A stretch of 64,000 bases of DNA from Myxococcota bacterium (GCA_036228265.1 JAZAOF010000007.1:2473-66472); one strand, 5' to 3'. Counted from the stretch's first letter, positions 8,268 through 18,628 are shown. Notes: a model not told the origin generated them from the sequence alone. Made by a program: numbers and translations.

Positions 8268-8663
8268 ATGAGCCACAACATCATCGAGACCGACAAGGCG
8301 CCGAAAGCCATCGGAAGTTACTCCCAGGCTGTCGAATCGAACGGCTTGGTCTTTCTCTCGGGCCAGATCCCGCTGGACCCGGCCACCAACAAGCGTGTTC
8401 ACGGAAGTTTCAAAGAGCAGCTCTCCCAGGTCTTTTCAAACTTCCGCAACGTCGCGGAGGCCGCGGGTGGAAACCTGGCCGACGTGGTGAAGATCACGAT
8501 CTACCTCACCGACCTCGCAAACTACCCGGCCGTCAACGAAGGGATGGCCGAGTACTTCGAAAAACCCTTCCCGGCCCGGGCTGTAGTGGGAGTCGCCTCC
8601 CTCCCCCTCGACTCCCCCGTCGAGGTGGAGGGGGTCATGATCACGGGCTCTGGCGCTCCCTGA
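8268..8663 (+). CDS. ridA: RidA/YjgF family reactive-intermediate deaminase
   Basis: 'APKAIGSYSQAV..GLVFLSGQIPLDP', 'KITIYLTDL' and 'FPARAVVGVASLP..VEVEGV' form the classic RidA signature. GGAGA lies 3 nt before ATG 8268. Confidence 0.9.
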   Translation: MSHNIIETDKAPKAIGSYSQAVESNGLVFLSGQIPLDPATNKRVHGSFKEQLSQVFSNFRNVAEAAGGNLADVVKITIYLTDLANYPAVNEGMAEYFEKPFPARAVVGVASLPLDSPVEVEGVMITGSGAP

Positions 8664-8739
8664 ACCCACTCGCGGTACTCGCCCCGGGAGCCCGTGACTT
8701 CCCGCGCAACCCTTTCGCCCCGGCACGGTTTCATGGGGT

Positions 8740-10131
8740 ATGTCGAAGTATCTTGTCGCCGACCGCCTCTTGTCCCGGGCCACCTTCGGCGCTCGCCCCG
8801 GGGACCGGGAGGCTCTCGAGACCGAGGGTCGACGCGCCTGGCTCGAACGCCAACTGGCCGGTCCAACGAGCGACACGGCGCCAGGCAGGGACTCGGAAAT
8901 CCAGCGCCATCTCGCCCGTTTTCCACACCTCGACCGGAGCGCTCGTGAGATCCTTGCCCACACCGGGGCCTCGAACGACCCCATGGGGATGTCCGGACCC
9001 ATGGGTCGGATGAGCAAGGAGGATCGCCGAGAGATCCAGCAACTGGGGCGGCGGGTGGGACGCGAAGTCGCCGGAGCCCGCGTGGTACGCGCCGTCCATG
9101 GGCCCGGCGGACTTCACGAAGTGATGGTCGATTTCTGGGCCAACCACTTCAGCGTGGATTCGCGCAAGGGCATGATTGGCCCCGTTCTTCCCCACTATTT
9201 GAACCAGGCCATCGCCCCCCATGCCCTGGGACGCTTCGAAGAACTGCTCCAGGCCAATGCACACAGCCCCGCCATGCTCGTCTACCTCGACAACTGGAAC
9301 TCGACAGCCCCGGCCCAGGATCTCGGGCGACGAGAGCGAAGACTTCGCCGGCAGATGAAGCGGGGTCCCGGGGGCATCAACGAAAACTACGCGCGGGAAC
9401 TGATGGAACTCCATACGCTGGGCGTCCACGGAGGCTACGACCAGCGCGACGTCGTCGAAGTGGCCCGGGTATTCACGGGTTGGTCGCTCGTCAGCCGAAG
9501 CAACCCGGCCTTCCAATTTCATGAACTCCTGCATTCAAAGGGGGAAAAACGCGTGATGGGAATGCGCATTCGCGAAGCCGGAGAAAAGGAAGGCCGGCGA
9601 GTTCTTCGCGAACTGGCCCGGCATCCCTCGACCGCCCGACACCTTTCCACCAAGATCGTTCAGCGTTTCGTCGCCGACTCTCCACCCCCCGCGCTCGTCG
9701 ATCGCGCGACCGCGCGCTACATCGAAAGCGACGGCTCGATCCGCGACGTGCTGCGCCTGGTGCTGCTTTCCCCCGAGTTCACGAGCGAAGAAAATCGCAA
9801 GCTGAAGACCCCGCTTCGACTCCTGGCCAGTGCCCTGCGCGCCACCGGCGGAACGACGGATGGAGGGCCGGGCGTCCTGCGGACCCTCGAGCGCATGGGA
9901 GAAATCCCCTTCGGCGCACGCTCCCCGGCCGGTTACCCCGAAACCGCCCGCGAATGGACGGACCCCGGCTCTCTTCTCGAACGGATGAATCTCGCCTTTG
10001 CGCTGGCCCAGCGACGCATCCCGGGCACCCGCCTCGGGCCGAAACCGCCGACCGCTTCGATCCGCGGCTTCGACGGGCGCCGGGAGGCCCAGGCCATGGC
10101 CATCGCCTCGCGGAGTTTCCAATGGGCTTGA
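8740..10131 (+). CDS. DUF1800 family protein
   Basis: 'DFWANHFSV', 'NENYARELMELHTLGV' and 'GY.Q.DV.E.ARVFTGW' motifs. The usual partner (DUF1501) follows with a 10-nt overlap. Confidence 0.85.
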   Translation: MSKYLVADRLLSRATFGARPGDREALETEGRRAWLERQLAGPTSDTAPGRDSEIQRHLARFPHLDRSAREILAHTGASNDPMGMSGPMGRMSKEDRREIQQLGRRVGREVAGARVVRAVHGPGGLHEVMVDFWANHFSVDSRKGMIGPVLPHYLNQAIAPHALGRFEELLQANAHSPAMLVYLDNWNSTAPAQDLGRRERRLRRQMKRGPGGINENYARELMELHTLGVHGGYDQRDVVEVARVFTGWSLVSRSNPAFQFHELLHSKGEKRVMGMRIREAGEKEGRRVLRELARHPSTARHLSTKIVQRFVADSPPPALVDRATARYIESDGSIRDVLRLVLLSPEFTSEENRKLKTPLRLLASALRATGGTTDGGPGVLRTLERMGEIPFGARSPAGYPETAREWTDPGSLLERMNLAFALAQRRIPGTRLGPKPPTASIRGFDGRREAQAMAIASRSFQWA

Positions 10132-11339
10132 CGCGACGGGGTTTCCTCGACGCGGGCGCAAAAGGCGTGCTCGCCGCAGCCACGGCACCGCTTTGGCTCG
10201 ACACTTCCCTCGCCCGGGCGTTGCAACGCGGCGAGCGTCCCCCCCTGCTCGCCGTCGTCTTCCTTCGCGGTGCCGCCGACGGTCTCCACGTGCTGCCTCC
10301 CATCGGCGACCGGCTCTACGCCTCGACCCGCAAAACCCTGGCCCTTCGAGAAACCCTTCCTTTCGTCAAGGGCTTTGGCGTGCACCCCGAAATGGCACCA
10401 CTGCAGCCGCTGATCGAGCGCCGCCAGCTCGCAGTCGTACACGCCTGCGGCTCACCGGAAATCAACCGCTCTCACTTCGAAGCCCAGGACCGCGTGGAAG
10501 CCGGTGAAGTCGGCCGACGAAGCGCAAGCAGTGGCTGGCTCGCCCGCGGGCTGTCTGGCGCGGGGGGCCCGAGCCCGTTTGCGTCGCTGGCCCTGACCTC
10601 CCAACTCCCCCTTGCGATGCACGGGGCCGGGGGTTTCGCCATCGGCGAACCCGAGGACTTCGGACTGCCGGGAGCCAGCCGGCGTGCACGGGAGGCCCTG
10701 CTCCGCGATTACACGAGCGATCCCGACCCGGTTTTCTCGCGCTCCGGCGCCCGTGCCCTGGAAGCCCTGGACGAGTATGAGCAACGGATGGGAAGCCCCC
10801 GGGATACGGGCCCGCGCTCCCAACAGGGAAAGCGTCGTCGCCGCGGGGGGAAGCTTGCGCACCAGGTCGACAACCTGCTCCGAATCGAAGCCTCCGGTCT
10901 CCCCGTGCGCGCCGTTTTCCTCGAGACCTCCAGTTGGGATACCCACCAGAACCAGGGCACCGAAAAAGGTTCGATGGCCAATTCGCTCCGCGACCTTGCG
11001 ACCGCCATCGAGAAGCTCTCCGAGGGACTCCAGGAGAGACGAGAGTGGCTCTTGATGGTCCACACCGAGTTTGGGCGTACGGTGGCTCCCAACGGCAGCC
11101 GGGGCTCGGACCACGGACACGGGAGCGTGGCACTGGTTGCGGGCACGCGCGTGCGAGGAGGGCTCTACGGTGACTGGCCAGGCCTCCGGGAGGCCGACCT
11201 GAGCGAAGGTCGCGACCTGGCCGTCACGACGGACTACCGGAGTGTCGCCTGGGAGGTCCTGCGGGGACACCTGGGCCAGGCTCCGCCCCGGGAGACCTTT
11301 CCGGGCTTCGAGGCGTCCCCTCTCGGTCTTCTGGGCTGA
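10122..11339 (+). CDS. DUF1501 family protein (sulfatase-like fold) with a Tat signal
   Basis: Starts MGLTRRGFLDAGAKGVLAAATAP (twin-arginine). 'FLETSSWDTH' and 'EFGRT...NGSRGSDHGHG' are DUF1501 hallmarks. Confidence 0.9.
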   Translation: MGLTRRGFLDAGAKGVLAAATAPLWLDTSLARALQRGERPPLLAVVFLRGAADGLHVLPPIGDRLYASTRKTLALRETLPFVKGFGVHPEMAPLQPLIERRQLAVVHACGSPEINRSHFEAQDRVEAGEVGRRSASSGWLARGLSGAGGPSPFASLALTSQLPLAMHGAGGFAIGEPEDFGLPGASRRAREALLRDYTSDPDPVFSRSGARALEALDEYEQRMGSPRDTGPRSQQGKRRRRGGKLAHQVDNLLRIEASGLPVRAVFLETSSWDTHQNQGTEKGSMANSLRDLATAIEKLSEGLQERREWLLMVHTEFGRTVAPNGSRGSDHGHGSVALVAGTRVRGGLYGDWPGLREADLSEGRDLAVTTDYRSVAWEVLRGHLGQAPPRETFPGFEASPLGLLG

Positions 11340-11450
11340 ATCCCCGGGGATTCGTCCGGCCTCGGCCCCCTCGCCCACGCGGGCCGCAACGCGTTATCCT
11401 CCCGCCGCCCCACGGATGGGCACCAAATTCAAAATGGAGGAACCCCCACC

Positions 11451-12647
11451 ATGGCGCGCGAAGCCGTCGTCGTTCAAAGCCTGCGCACTGGCCTCACCAA
11501 GGCCCATCGCGGCTCATTCAACAACACCGAACCGGTCGATTACACCGCTCACGCCCTACGAGAAGCGGTCGCCAAGGTTCCCGGGCTGGACCCCGGGGAA
11601 ATCGAAGACGTCATCGTCGGCACCGGGCACCCCGAGGGCTGCATGGGCATGAACATGGCTCGGATCGCAGCCATGGCCGCTGGCTTCCCGAAAGAAGTCG
11701 CCGGCACCACGGTCAACCGCTTCTGCTCCTCCGGTTCCCAGGCGGTGATGATGGCCGCCCACTCCATCGTCAACGAAGGCGCCGAAGTCGCCATCGGCGC
11801 GGGCGTCGAAACCATCACGATGATGCAGGACGGAACCCAGAACACCAACCGTCTCGTCAGTGCCACGGCCCGCGAGCGCTTCCCCGGCCTGTATTTCCCG
11901 ATGGGCATCACGGCAGAAATCGTCGCCGAGCGCTACGGCGTCTCCCGCGAGGACCAGGACGCCTACGCCCTCCAAAGCCAACAGCGCTACGCCGCGGCGG
12001 TCGAAGCCGGCCAGGTCGCGGAAGAAATCGCCCCGATGAAGGTCAACCGAAAGGTGATGAAGAAGGGCGAAGAGCCCTACGAAGAAGACTTCGTCGTGGA
12101 AAAGGACGAGTGCAACCGGCCCCAAACGACCCTCGAAGGTCTCAGCTCGTTGAAGCCGGTCTTCAAGCCCGCCGAAGAAGGCGGAACGGTCACCGCGGGC
12201 AACGCCTCGCAGCTTTCCGACGGAGCCTCGGCCACCGTGCTGATGTCATCGGATCGCGCGAAGCAGCTCGGCATCGAGCCTCTGGGCATTTACCGGGGAA
12301 CGGCGGTCGCCGGCTGCGGCCCCGAGGAGATGGGAATCGGTCCTGTCTTTGCCGTGCCGAAGCTCTTGAAGCGCCACGGCCTCACCATGGACGACATCGA
12401 CATCGTCGAACTCAATGAGGCCTTCGCCTCGCAGTTGCTCTACTGCCAGCGCGAGCTCGGCATTCCCAACGAGAAGCTGAACCTCTCGGGTGGCAGCATC
12501 TCGATCGGGCACCCCTTCGGAATGACCGGATCGCGAATGACCGGCTTGTTGCTGCGACACCTCAAGCGAGACGGAAAGCGCTACGGCATCGTCACGATGT
12601 GCATCGGCGGTGGCCAGGGCCTGGCCTCTCTCTTCGAAGCGGCCTGA
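11451..12647 (+). CDS. Acetyl-CoA C-acyltransferase (thiolase I, FadA-like)
   Basis: '[12 protein letters not shown]' (nucleophile Cys), 'NEAFASQ', '[16 protein letters not shown]' and 'TMCIGGGQG' give the full thiolase catalytic set. GGAGGAA RBS. Confidence 0.9.
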   Translation: MAREAVVVQSLRTGLTKAHRGSFNNTEPVDYTAHALREAVAKVPGLDPGEIEDVIVGTGHPEGCMGMNMARIAAMAAGFPKEVAGTTVNRFCSSGSQAVMMAAHSIVNEGAEVAIGAGVETITMMQDGTQNTNRLVSATARERFPGLYFPMGITAEIVAERYGVSREDQDAYALQSQQRYAAAVEAGQVAEEIAPMKVNRKVMKKGEEPYEEDFVVEKDECNRPQTTLEGLSSLKPVFKPAEEGGTVTAGNASQLSDGASATVLMSSDRAKQLGIEPLGIYRGTAVAGCGPEEMGIGPVFAVPKLLKRHGLTMDDIDIVELNEAFASQLLYCQRELGIPNEKLNLSGGSISIGHPFGMTGSRMTGLLLRHLKRDGKRYGIVTMCIGGGQGLASLFEAA

Positions 12648-12677
12648 GCGCCTCTCTGCGCACACCGGGTTCCACGG

Positions 12678-12722
12678 GACCCCGCCCGGCGGATACTGGA
12701 CCGCCGGGCGGGGTCTTTTTCG
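12678..12722 (+). terminator. Strong Rho-independent terminator after the thiolase gene
   Basis: Perfect 15-bp stem GACCCCGCCCGGCGG / CCGCCGGGCGGGGTC (12678-12692 / 12701-12715), 8-nt loop, then TTTTTCG. Confidence 0.85.
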
Positions 12723-12738
12723 TGGAGTCCCGCCGGGT

Positions 12739-14172
12739 TCAGCCCCCGCCTCGGCCCTCGACGCGCGACCAGTAGCTGTCGAGCCGGCGCTGGACGACGG
12801 GCGCAAGCAGGTAGAGACCGAGGATGTTCGGGAAACAGATCAGGAAGACCAGCGCATCGGAAATTTCGAGGATGGCGCTCAGTTCGATCACCGCACCGAG
12901 GACGACAAACAGGCAGAAGACCGCCTGGAAGCCCATGGTCGCGGCCGGATTCTCACCGACGAGATAGGTCCACCCCTTCAGCCCGTAGTACGACCAGGCG
13001 ATCATCGTCGATACGGCAAAGAGGATCGCGGCCACGGCCAACGGAGCCGGAGCCCACGGGATGTTGCGCTCGAAGGCATCCGATGTCATCGCGATCCCCC
13101 CGAGCCCGTCGGAAAAACCGGGCTCGTAGTACTGCGTGGTCACGATCACGAGCGCCGTCGCACTGCAAATCACGATGGTGTCGAGAAAGGGCTCCAGGAT
13201 GGAAACGAACCCCTCGGTCAGGGGCTCGTCGGTTTTCACCGCGGCGTGGGCGATCGTGGCCGAGCCGATTCCCGCTTCGTTTGAAAACACAGCCCGCTGG
13301 AAACCCACCACGATCGCGCCGAGTGCCCCGCCCCCCACGGCTTGCCACTCGAAAGCCTCTCCCACCATGGCGCCGATGGCCCAGGGAAGCGCCTCGTAAT
13401 TCATCGCGATCACGGCGTAGGCTCCGACGAGATAGAACACCGCCATGAAGGGCACCAGCTTTGCTGTCACCCGCGCGATCGAGCGGATTCCACCAATGAT
13501 GACCGCGCCGACGAGAGCGGCGAGCACGCCGCCCACGAGCCACCCCTTGTCGGCCAGCCAGCCCGTGTCCCCCCCCGTCACGCTCACCAACTGGACAAAG
13601 GCCTGGTTGGATTGAAACATGTTGCCAATACCCAGGCAGCCGACCACGATCCCCGCGGCGTAGAAGAGTCCCAGGGATCGCCCGAGGCGCGGGAGCCCGC
13701 GCTCGCCCAGCCCGCGCTCGAGGTAATACATGGGCCCCCCCGACACGCTGCCATCGGGGTTCTCGCGCCGGTAGATCACGCCCAGGCTGCATTCGACGAA
13801 CTTGGTCGACATCCCCAGAAAACCCGCAACGATCATCCAGAACGCAGCCCCGGGACCTCCGGCCGCAACCGCGATCGCGACCCCGCCAATGTTTCCAATC
13901 CCCACCGTGCCCGAAATGGCCGTGGACAGCGCTTGAAAATGCGAGACCTCGCCTACCCCCGACGTCTCTCTCCTGCGCCCAAAAACGATCTCGAGCGCGT
14001 GCCGAAACCCCCAGACACCGATGAACCGAAAGCGCCAGGTGAAATAGAAGGCCCCCACCACCAGCCAGACCACCACCAAGGGAAGTTCCACGCCCGCCAG
14101 GGGCAGGGCAAAGAAAACGAAGTCGCTAACAGCATCGGCCACGGGGCGAAACCCGCTCTCCACGAAATTCAT
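12739..14172 (-). CDS. Alanine/glycine:cation symporter (AGCS family)
   Basis: 'SHFQALSTAISGTVGIGNIGGVAIAVAAGGPGAAFWM' is the AGCS signature. Multiple TM segments. Start chosen at ATG 14172 (MNFVESGF...). Confidence 0.9.
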   Translation of the reverse strand: MNFVESGFRPVADAVSDFVFFALPLAGVELPLVVVWLVVGAFYFTWRFRFIGVWGFRHALEIVFGRRRETSGVGEVSHFQALSTAISGTVGIGNIGGVAIAVAAGGPGAAFWMIVAGFLGMSTKFVECSLGVIYRRENPDGSVSGGPMYYLERGLGERGLPRLGRSLGLFYAAGIVVGCLGIGNMFQSNQAFVQLVSVTGGDTGWLADKGWLVGGVLAALVGAVIIGGIRSIARVTAKLVPFMAVFYLVGAYAVIAMNYEALPWAIGAMVGEAFEWQAVGGGALGAIVVGFQRAVFSNEAGIGSATIAHAAVKTDEPLTEGFVSILEPFLDTIVICSATALVIVTTQYYEPGFSDGLGGIAMTSDAFERNIPWAPAPLAVAAILFAVSTMIAWSYYGLKGWTYLVGENPAATMGFQAVFCLFVVLGAVIELSAILEISDALVFLICFPNILGLYLLAPVVQRRLDSYWSRVEGRGGG

Positions 14173-14209
14173 GGTTTCTGCCAAAGCGGTCGAGACGGGG
14201 CCAGCAACC

Positions 14210-14593
14210 TCACCCGGTGGCGTCCTCTTGCCCCAGGAATCGAGCGGCCAGGAGGGCCGTGACAAACTCGAAAATCGTGGCGCCCGTCGTATATGCGCTG
14301 AAGCTTTCGTCGACGATCCCGCCGATCAATCGCGAAACCGCGAGCCCCCCCGCGAGAAAAGCCAGCGCCAGCAGGGCCGGCCTCCGCGCCGAAACGTGAG
14401 CAAAACCCGCGGCGGCGAGCAAACCAATCGCCATCTGCAAGCCGCCATACATGGCTCTCAACTCGGTCACACCTGTGGGTGTCGTCGCTGTGACCCCGGC
14501 CGAGCTGGCCAGGGTTCCGGGGTCGAGAAAGCACCAGAGCCCATAGGGGAACCAGATCAGAACGCTTGCTGCCAGGAACCAACGCGCTGCCAA
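14210..14593 (-). CDS. DUF4345-like small membrane protein
   Basis: Four hydrophobic helices; 'TELRAMYGGLQMAIGLL' resembles DUF4345. Start placed at TTG 14593, preceded by AAGGAG with a 6-nt spacer. The upstream part of the ORF-track ORF is Arg/Pro-rich and unlikely to be coding. Confidence 0.6.
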   Translation of the reverse strand: MAARWFLAASVLIWFPYGLWCFLDPGTLASSAGVTATTPTGVTELRAMYGGLQMAIGLLAAAGFAHVSARRPALLALAFLAGGLAVSRLIGGIVDESFSAYTTGATIFEFVTALLAARFLGQEDATG

Positions 14594-14798
14594 GACACTC
14601 TCCTTCGCTCGCTTCGCACCGGAAAACGGGCGGGGCTCCCCGCCCCTGGCTGGAGAGCATAACGCGATTTGCCGCCCTGCCGGATCGTCGCAGGACACAC
14701 CCTCTCCCGGGGTTGCGTCCCGGGGTCGAGCCATCCAAGATGGAGCCTCGCAACGGCACAAGACCCCGTCTCGCGACAACAACGCAGAGGAGCCCCCC

Positions 14799-15215
14799 GT
14801 GAGCCAATCCCCGATCGATCTTGAGGCCAACAAGCGTCTCGCCAGCGACTTCATCGACGCCCTCTCGAGCGGTGATGCCGGACGAATCCTCGACCTCTAC
14901 ACCGAGGATGCAACCGTCTGGACGGCCGGTTCACTTCCCATCTCCGGCACCCACCCCCGGGAGGCCGTCGTAGCCCTGTGCGAAGGACTGCTGGGTGCGT
15001 TCCCGAAAGGACTGCGCTTCGAAGTCGTCGCCATGACGGCCGAAGGCAACCGGGTCGCGATCGAGGCCGAAGGGCATGGACTTCATGCCAGCGGCCAGCC
15101 CTACCACCAGCAGTACCATTTTCTTCTCGTGGTCCGCGACGGCAAGCTCTCCGAGATCAAGGAATACTTCGACACCGAGCACGCCCGGCAGGTGCTGATC
15201 CCCGGAGACGCCTGA
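14799..15215 (+). CDS. SnoaL-like / NTF2-fold protein
   Basis: ~138 aa. 'NKRLASDFIDALSSGDAGRILDLYTEDATVW' and a C-terminal 'GKLSEIKEYFDT' give the typical SnoaL_2 pattern. GTG start. Confidence 0.75.
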   Translation: MSQSPIDLEANKRLASDFIDALSSGDAGRILDLYTEDATVWTAGSLPISGTHPREAVVALCEGLLGAFPKGLRFEVVAMTAEGNRVAIEAEGHGLHASGQPYHQQYHFLLVVRDGKLSEIKEYFDTEHARQVLIPGDA

Positions 15216-15316
15216 CTCCCTCCTCCCCGGCCCATCCCGGTCCATCCCGGAAAACCCCAGAAACGACTTGAGTCCAACCTCCCTTGTGCCGATCAGGGAG
15301 CGAAGAGGGGGGAAGG

Positions 15317-15844
15317 GTGTACCTACGCGACCAATCCACGATTTCGCAAGAAACGACCGCGAAACCCGAAACGTTTCCTTTCGAGATCGCATCCCAGGGT
15401 CACAATCGCCATCGCCACGACCGGAGGCGTTCCGCAACCCGCTTCCGTGACACCTGGACGAGACCCCTGCGTCGCGCCGGGGCACGCCGGGAAGGCGAAG
15501 GGGACCGCCTCTATGTCGACCAGTACCGGGCGAGCGATGCCGCCCTGTTGCTCGGTATTTTCCTGATCAATATCGCCGACGTCTTCTTTACGCTGCACTG
15601 GATCGCCCGGGGCGGAACCGAGGGCAACCCCCTCATGGACTGGCTCCTCGGTCATGGGCAGATGGCATTCATCACCTTCAAGTGCCTGGCGGTCGGCACA
15701 TGGCTCCTCATCCTGACCGTCCACAAGAACTTCCAGTTGGCTCGCTGGGGACTCTGGTGCTTGATGACGTTCTATTCCTTTCTTCTCGTCTACCACCTCT
15801 TCCTGTACGTATTCGCCGAGCCCATCCCCGTTCGCCCACTTTGA
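15317..15844 (+). CDS. DUF5658-like membrane protein with an Arg-rich N-terminus
   Basis: 'NIADVFFTLHWIARGGTEGNPLMDWLL' (E-x-NPL motif) plus three further TM helices. Start uncertain: GTG 15317 after a G-rich SD, or TTG 15284. Confidence 0.6.
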   Translation: MYLRDQSTISQETTAKPETFPFEIASQGHNRHRHDRRRSATRFRDTWTRPLRRAGARREGEGDRLYVDQYRASDAALLLGIFLINIADVFFTLHWIARGGTEGNPLMDWLLGHGQMAFITFKCLAVGTWLLILTVHKNFQLARWGLWCLMTFYSFLLVYHLFLYVFAEPIPVRPL

Positions 15845-15918
15845 GTCCACGGGCACAACCCCCATCTCCGACCCGGGTCGACTAGACTTCTTCGGAACGC
15901 TTTCGACCGAGGTTTGCC

Positions 15919-17394
15919 TTGCCGCCCCAGGACTACGACCGGCTCACCGCTCTCGACAACTCCTTTCTCCTCCTCGAAGGCCCCGACGCCTACATGCACG
16001 TGGCGTCCACCGCCATCTTCGACGCGGGACCCCTGCGTTCTTCGAGCGGTGGAATTCGGGCCGAGGAAATCCGGCGACTCACGGAGGCCTCTCTCCACCG
16101 GATCCCCCGCTACCGACAAAAACTCGCCTGGATCCCCTTTCAACAACGGGCCGTCTGGCGTGACGACGACGATTTCAACCTCGACTACCACTTTCGGCAC
16201 ACCTCTCTTCCAAAACCCGGTACCGACGAGCAACTGAAGCGACTCTCTGCGCGGATCATGCAGCAGCACCTCGACCGGGATCGACCGTTGTGGGAGATGT
16301 GGGTCGTCGAAGGGTTGGAGAGAGACCGTTTCGCGCTCATTTCCAAGGTCCACCACTGCATGATCGACGGAGTCTCCGGGGTGGACCTGATGAACATCCT
16401 GATGAGCATTGACCCTCAACAGGAAATCCCGACAACGCCAGTTTTCGAACCCCGCCCGGCCCCTGGCTCCCTCCAACTTCTTCGAGACGAGTGGACGAGG
16501 CGGTTTTCCCTCCCCGGTGAAATCTTCCGAGATGCCCAGGGCTTTTTCCGAGAGGCCGAGGACACGCGCCAGGAACTATCCGTCCGTGCGCGCGCCCTGC
16601 TTGAAACGCTCGGAGGGACCCTTCGGCAGGTTTCGAAGACTCCCTTCAACCAACCCATCGGACCGCATCGGCGATTCGATTGGATCGCCTTCGAACTCGC
16701 GGATGTGAAGGAAGTCCGACGGAAACTGGGTGGCTCCCTGAACGACATCGTTCTCGCGATTGTCGCGGGCGCCGTGCGTCAATTTCTCGAACGAAGGCGC
16801 GTGGATCCGTCAGAGATTCTCTTCCGGATCATGGCTCCCGTGAGCGTCCGCTCGGACCAGGAAGCGGGTACGCTCGGAAACAGGGTTTCGGCGTGGATCG
16901 CTGAACTTCCCATCGGCGAACCCGATCCGCGGAAACGTCTCGCGCTCATCCGCGAACGAACACTCGAACTCAAGGCCTCCAAGCAGGCGGTCGCCGCAGA
17001 AATGCTGACTCGCGTGGCCGACTGGAGTTCTTCCACCCTGCTCGCACTCGGCGCTCGCACAGCCACGCGGATGCTCCCTTTCAACATGGTCGTCACAAAC
17101 GTGCCGGGTCCCCAGGTTCCCCTCTACAGCTTGGGGGCACGAATGCTCGAGGTCTTCCCCCATGTTCCACTCGCCGACAACCTTGGGCTTGGTGTCGCGC
17201 TGATGAGCTACGACGGCAAGCTCTTCTGGGGCTTCAACGCCGACTACGATCTCGTGCCAGACCTAGACCACTTCGTGCGGGCAATCCGGTCTTCTTTCGA
17301 AGAAATGCGCGAGTGCTGCGAGGCCCCGACGCCGCATTCCGACCATGCGCCACCGCTCCCGGACACCGGCGCGCCTCCCCCCGAGCCGGTCTAG
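15919..17394 (+). CDS. Wax ester synthase / diacylglycerol acyltransferase (WS/DGAT)
   Basis: Catalytic 'HHCMIDGVSG' (HHxxxDG). N-terminal 'LTALDNSFLLLE'. C-terminal 'NVPGPQVPLY..G' and 'LGVALMSYDGKLFWG'. TTG start. Confidence 0.9.
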   Translation: MPPQDYDRLTALDNSFLLLEGPDAYMHVASTAIFDAGPLRSSSGGIRAEEIRRLTEASLHRIPRYRQKLAWIPFQQRAVWRDDDDFNLDYHFRHTSLPKPGTDEQLKRLSARIMQQHLDRDRPLWEMWVVEGLERDRFALISKVHHCMIDGVSGVDLMNILMSIDPQQEIPTTPVFEPRPAPGSLQLLRDEWTRRFSLPGEIFRDAQGFFREAEDTRQELSVRARALLETLGGTLRQVSKTPFNQPIGPHRRFDWIAFELADVKEVRRKLGGSLNDIVLAIVAGAVRQFLERRRVDPSEILFRIMAPVSVRSDQEAGTLGNRVSAWIAELPIGEPDPRKRLALIRERTLELKASKQAVAAEMLTRVADWSSSTLLALGARTATRMLPFNMVVTNVPGPQVPLYSLGARMLEVFPHVPLADNLGLGVALMSYDGKLFWGFNADYDLVPDLDHFVRAIRSSFEEMRECCEAPTPHSDHAPPLPDTGAPPPEPV

Positions 17395-18143
17395 GTACCT
17401 GCTTCGAGCAATTCGACGATTTCCGAAATGTCTTCCATTTCGTAGGTGGGAGGCGACCCCTCGTAGGACGCCAGGTGGTCTCGCGGCGACTTCACCCGGC
17501 GCTTCAGCCACCCCGTCCTCATTCCCGCGCCGGCCCCACCGCCCACGTCGGCTTCGAGATTGTCGCCCACGTGCAAGGTCTCCGCGGCGTCGACTCCCAG
17601 GCGATCGAGAACGACTTCGAAAATCGCCGATGCGGGCTTGCGCACACCCACGTCCTCGGAAATGACCACGGCATCGAGATGGGAGGAAATGCCGTACTCG
17701 TCTAGAAGACCCAGTGCGGTCGCCGAGTCGCTGAAGTTCGAACAAAGGGCCAGCGGAACGTGACGATGAAGTTCCCCCAGGACTTCCGGGTGATGGGCCG
17801 GGAGCGAAGCACAATCGCGCAACAGGCCCATGTGGACTTCCGTGAGGGCCCTGGGGAGTCCTGGATGGGATAGCCCGAGTTTCTCGCAGACAATCTCGAA
17901 GCGCTCGATGGTTGGAAATTCCCGAAAGTTCTCATACCGGGAAACCCGGTGCTCGCGGTCGACCTCGAAGAGGACGGTGGCAAAGTCGTCGAGCGAGAGT
18001 TCGGAGTGGTCGAGGACCGCTTCGTGCAGGGGGCCCAGGGTGGACGGGAATTCCCGGCCCCGAACCGCCGCGCGAGGCAATCCCTCCATCGACAGATCGA
18101 CGAGCGTATCGAAAAGATCGAAAACCACGGCTCGAATCGGCAT
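17391..18143 (-). CDS. HAD-superfamily hydrolase
   Basis: Motif I 'VVFDLFDTLV', motif II 'LCSNFS', motif III/IV 'K...IFE...' and 'HVGDNLEADVGG'. Confidence 0.85.
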   Translation of the reverse strand: MPIRAVVFDLFDTLVDLSMEGLPRAAVRGREFPSTLGPLHEAVLDHSELSLDDFATVLFEVDREHRVSRYENFREFPTIERFEIVCEKLGLSHPGLPRALTEVHMGLLRDCASLPAHHPEVLGELHRHVPLALCSNFSDSATALGLLDEYGISSHLDAVVISEDVGVRKPASAIFEVVLDRLGVDAAETLHVGDNLEADVGGGAGAGMRTGWLKRRVKSPRDHLASYEGSPPTYEMEDISEIVELLEAGT

Positions 18144-18220
18144 CGCCCAAAGATAGCTTTCCGAGAATCAACTGCCGACGCAGCCACGACGGTGTCGCGC
18201 GGTGGGCTATTGTTGGAGTC

Positions 18221-18628
18221 ATGGACGAAGAAGTTCCGATCACCGTCTCCGAAGCCCTCACCGAGGGGATTCGGGTTCGTGTCCAGGCGCGCTACTCGGC
18301 ACCGCATTCCGACCCCGAAAAGGGACGCTGGTTCTTCCTCTACACGATTCGGGTTTCGAACGAGGGCTCCGAGGCTTTGACCCTTCGGAGCCGACACTGG
18401 ATCATCAGCGACGGCACCGGCCGTATCGAGGAAGTACGGGGCGAAGGCGTCGTGGGAGAACAGCCGGAAATCCAGCCCGGTCATACGTTCGAGTACACGT
18501 CGGGATGTCCCCTGCCGACGCCCTTTGGCTCCATGGAAGGAAACTACGAGATGATCCGAGGAGACGGTTCCATTTTTCGCGCCCGGATCGCCGCGTTCGA
18601 ACTGTCCCTACCCCATGCCCTCCACTGA
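18221..18628 (+). CDS. apaG: ApaG (DUF525) protein
   Basis: 'FFLYTIRVSNEG', 'LRSRHWIISDGTGRIEEVRGEGVVGEQP.I.PG..FEYTSG' and 'G.MEG.Y.M' match ApaG along its whole length. Confidence 0.9.
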   Translation: MDEEVPITVSEALTEGIRVRVQARYSAPHSDPEKGRWFFLYTIRVSNEGSEALTLRSRHWIISDGTGRIEEVRGEGVVGEQPEIQPGHTFEYTSGCPLPTPFGSMEGNYEMIRGDGSIFRARIAAFELSLPHALH

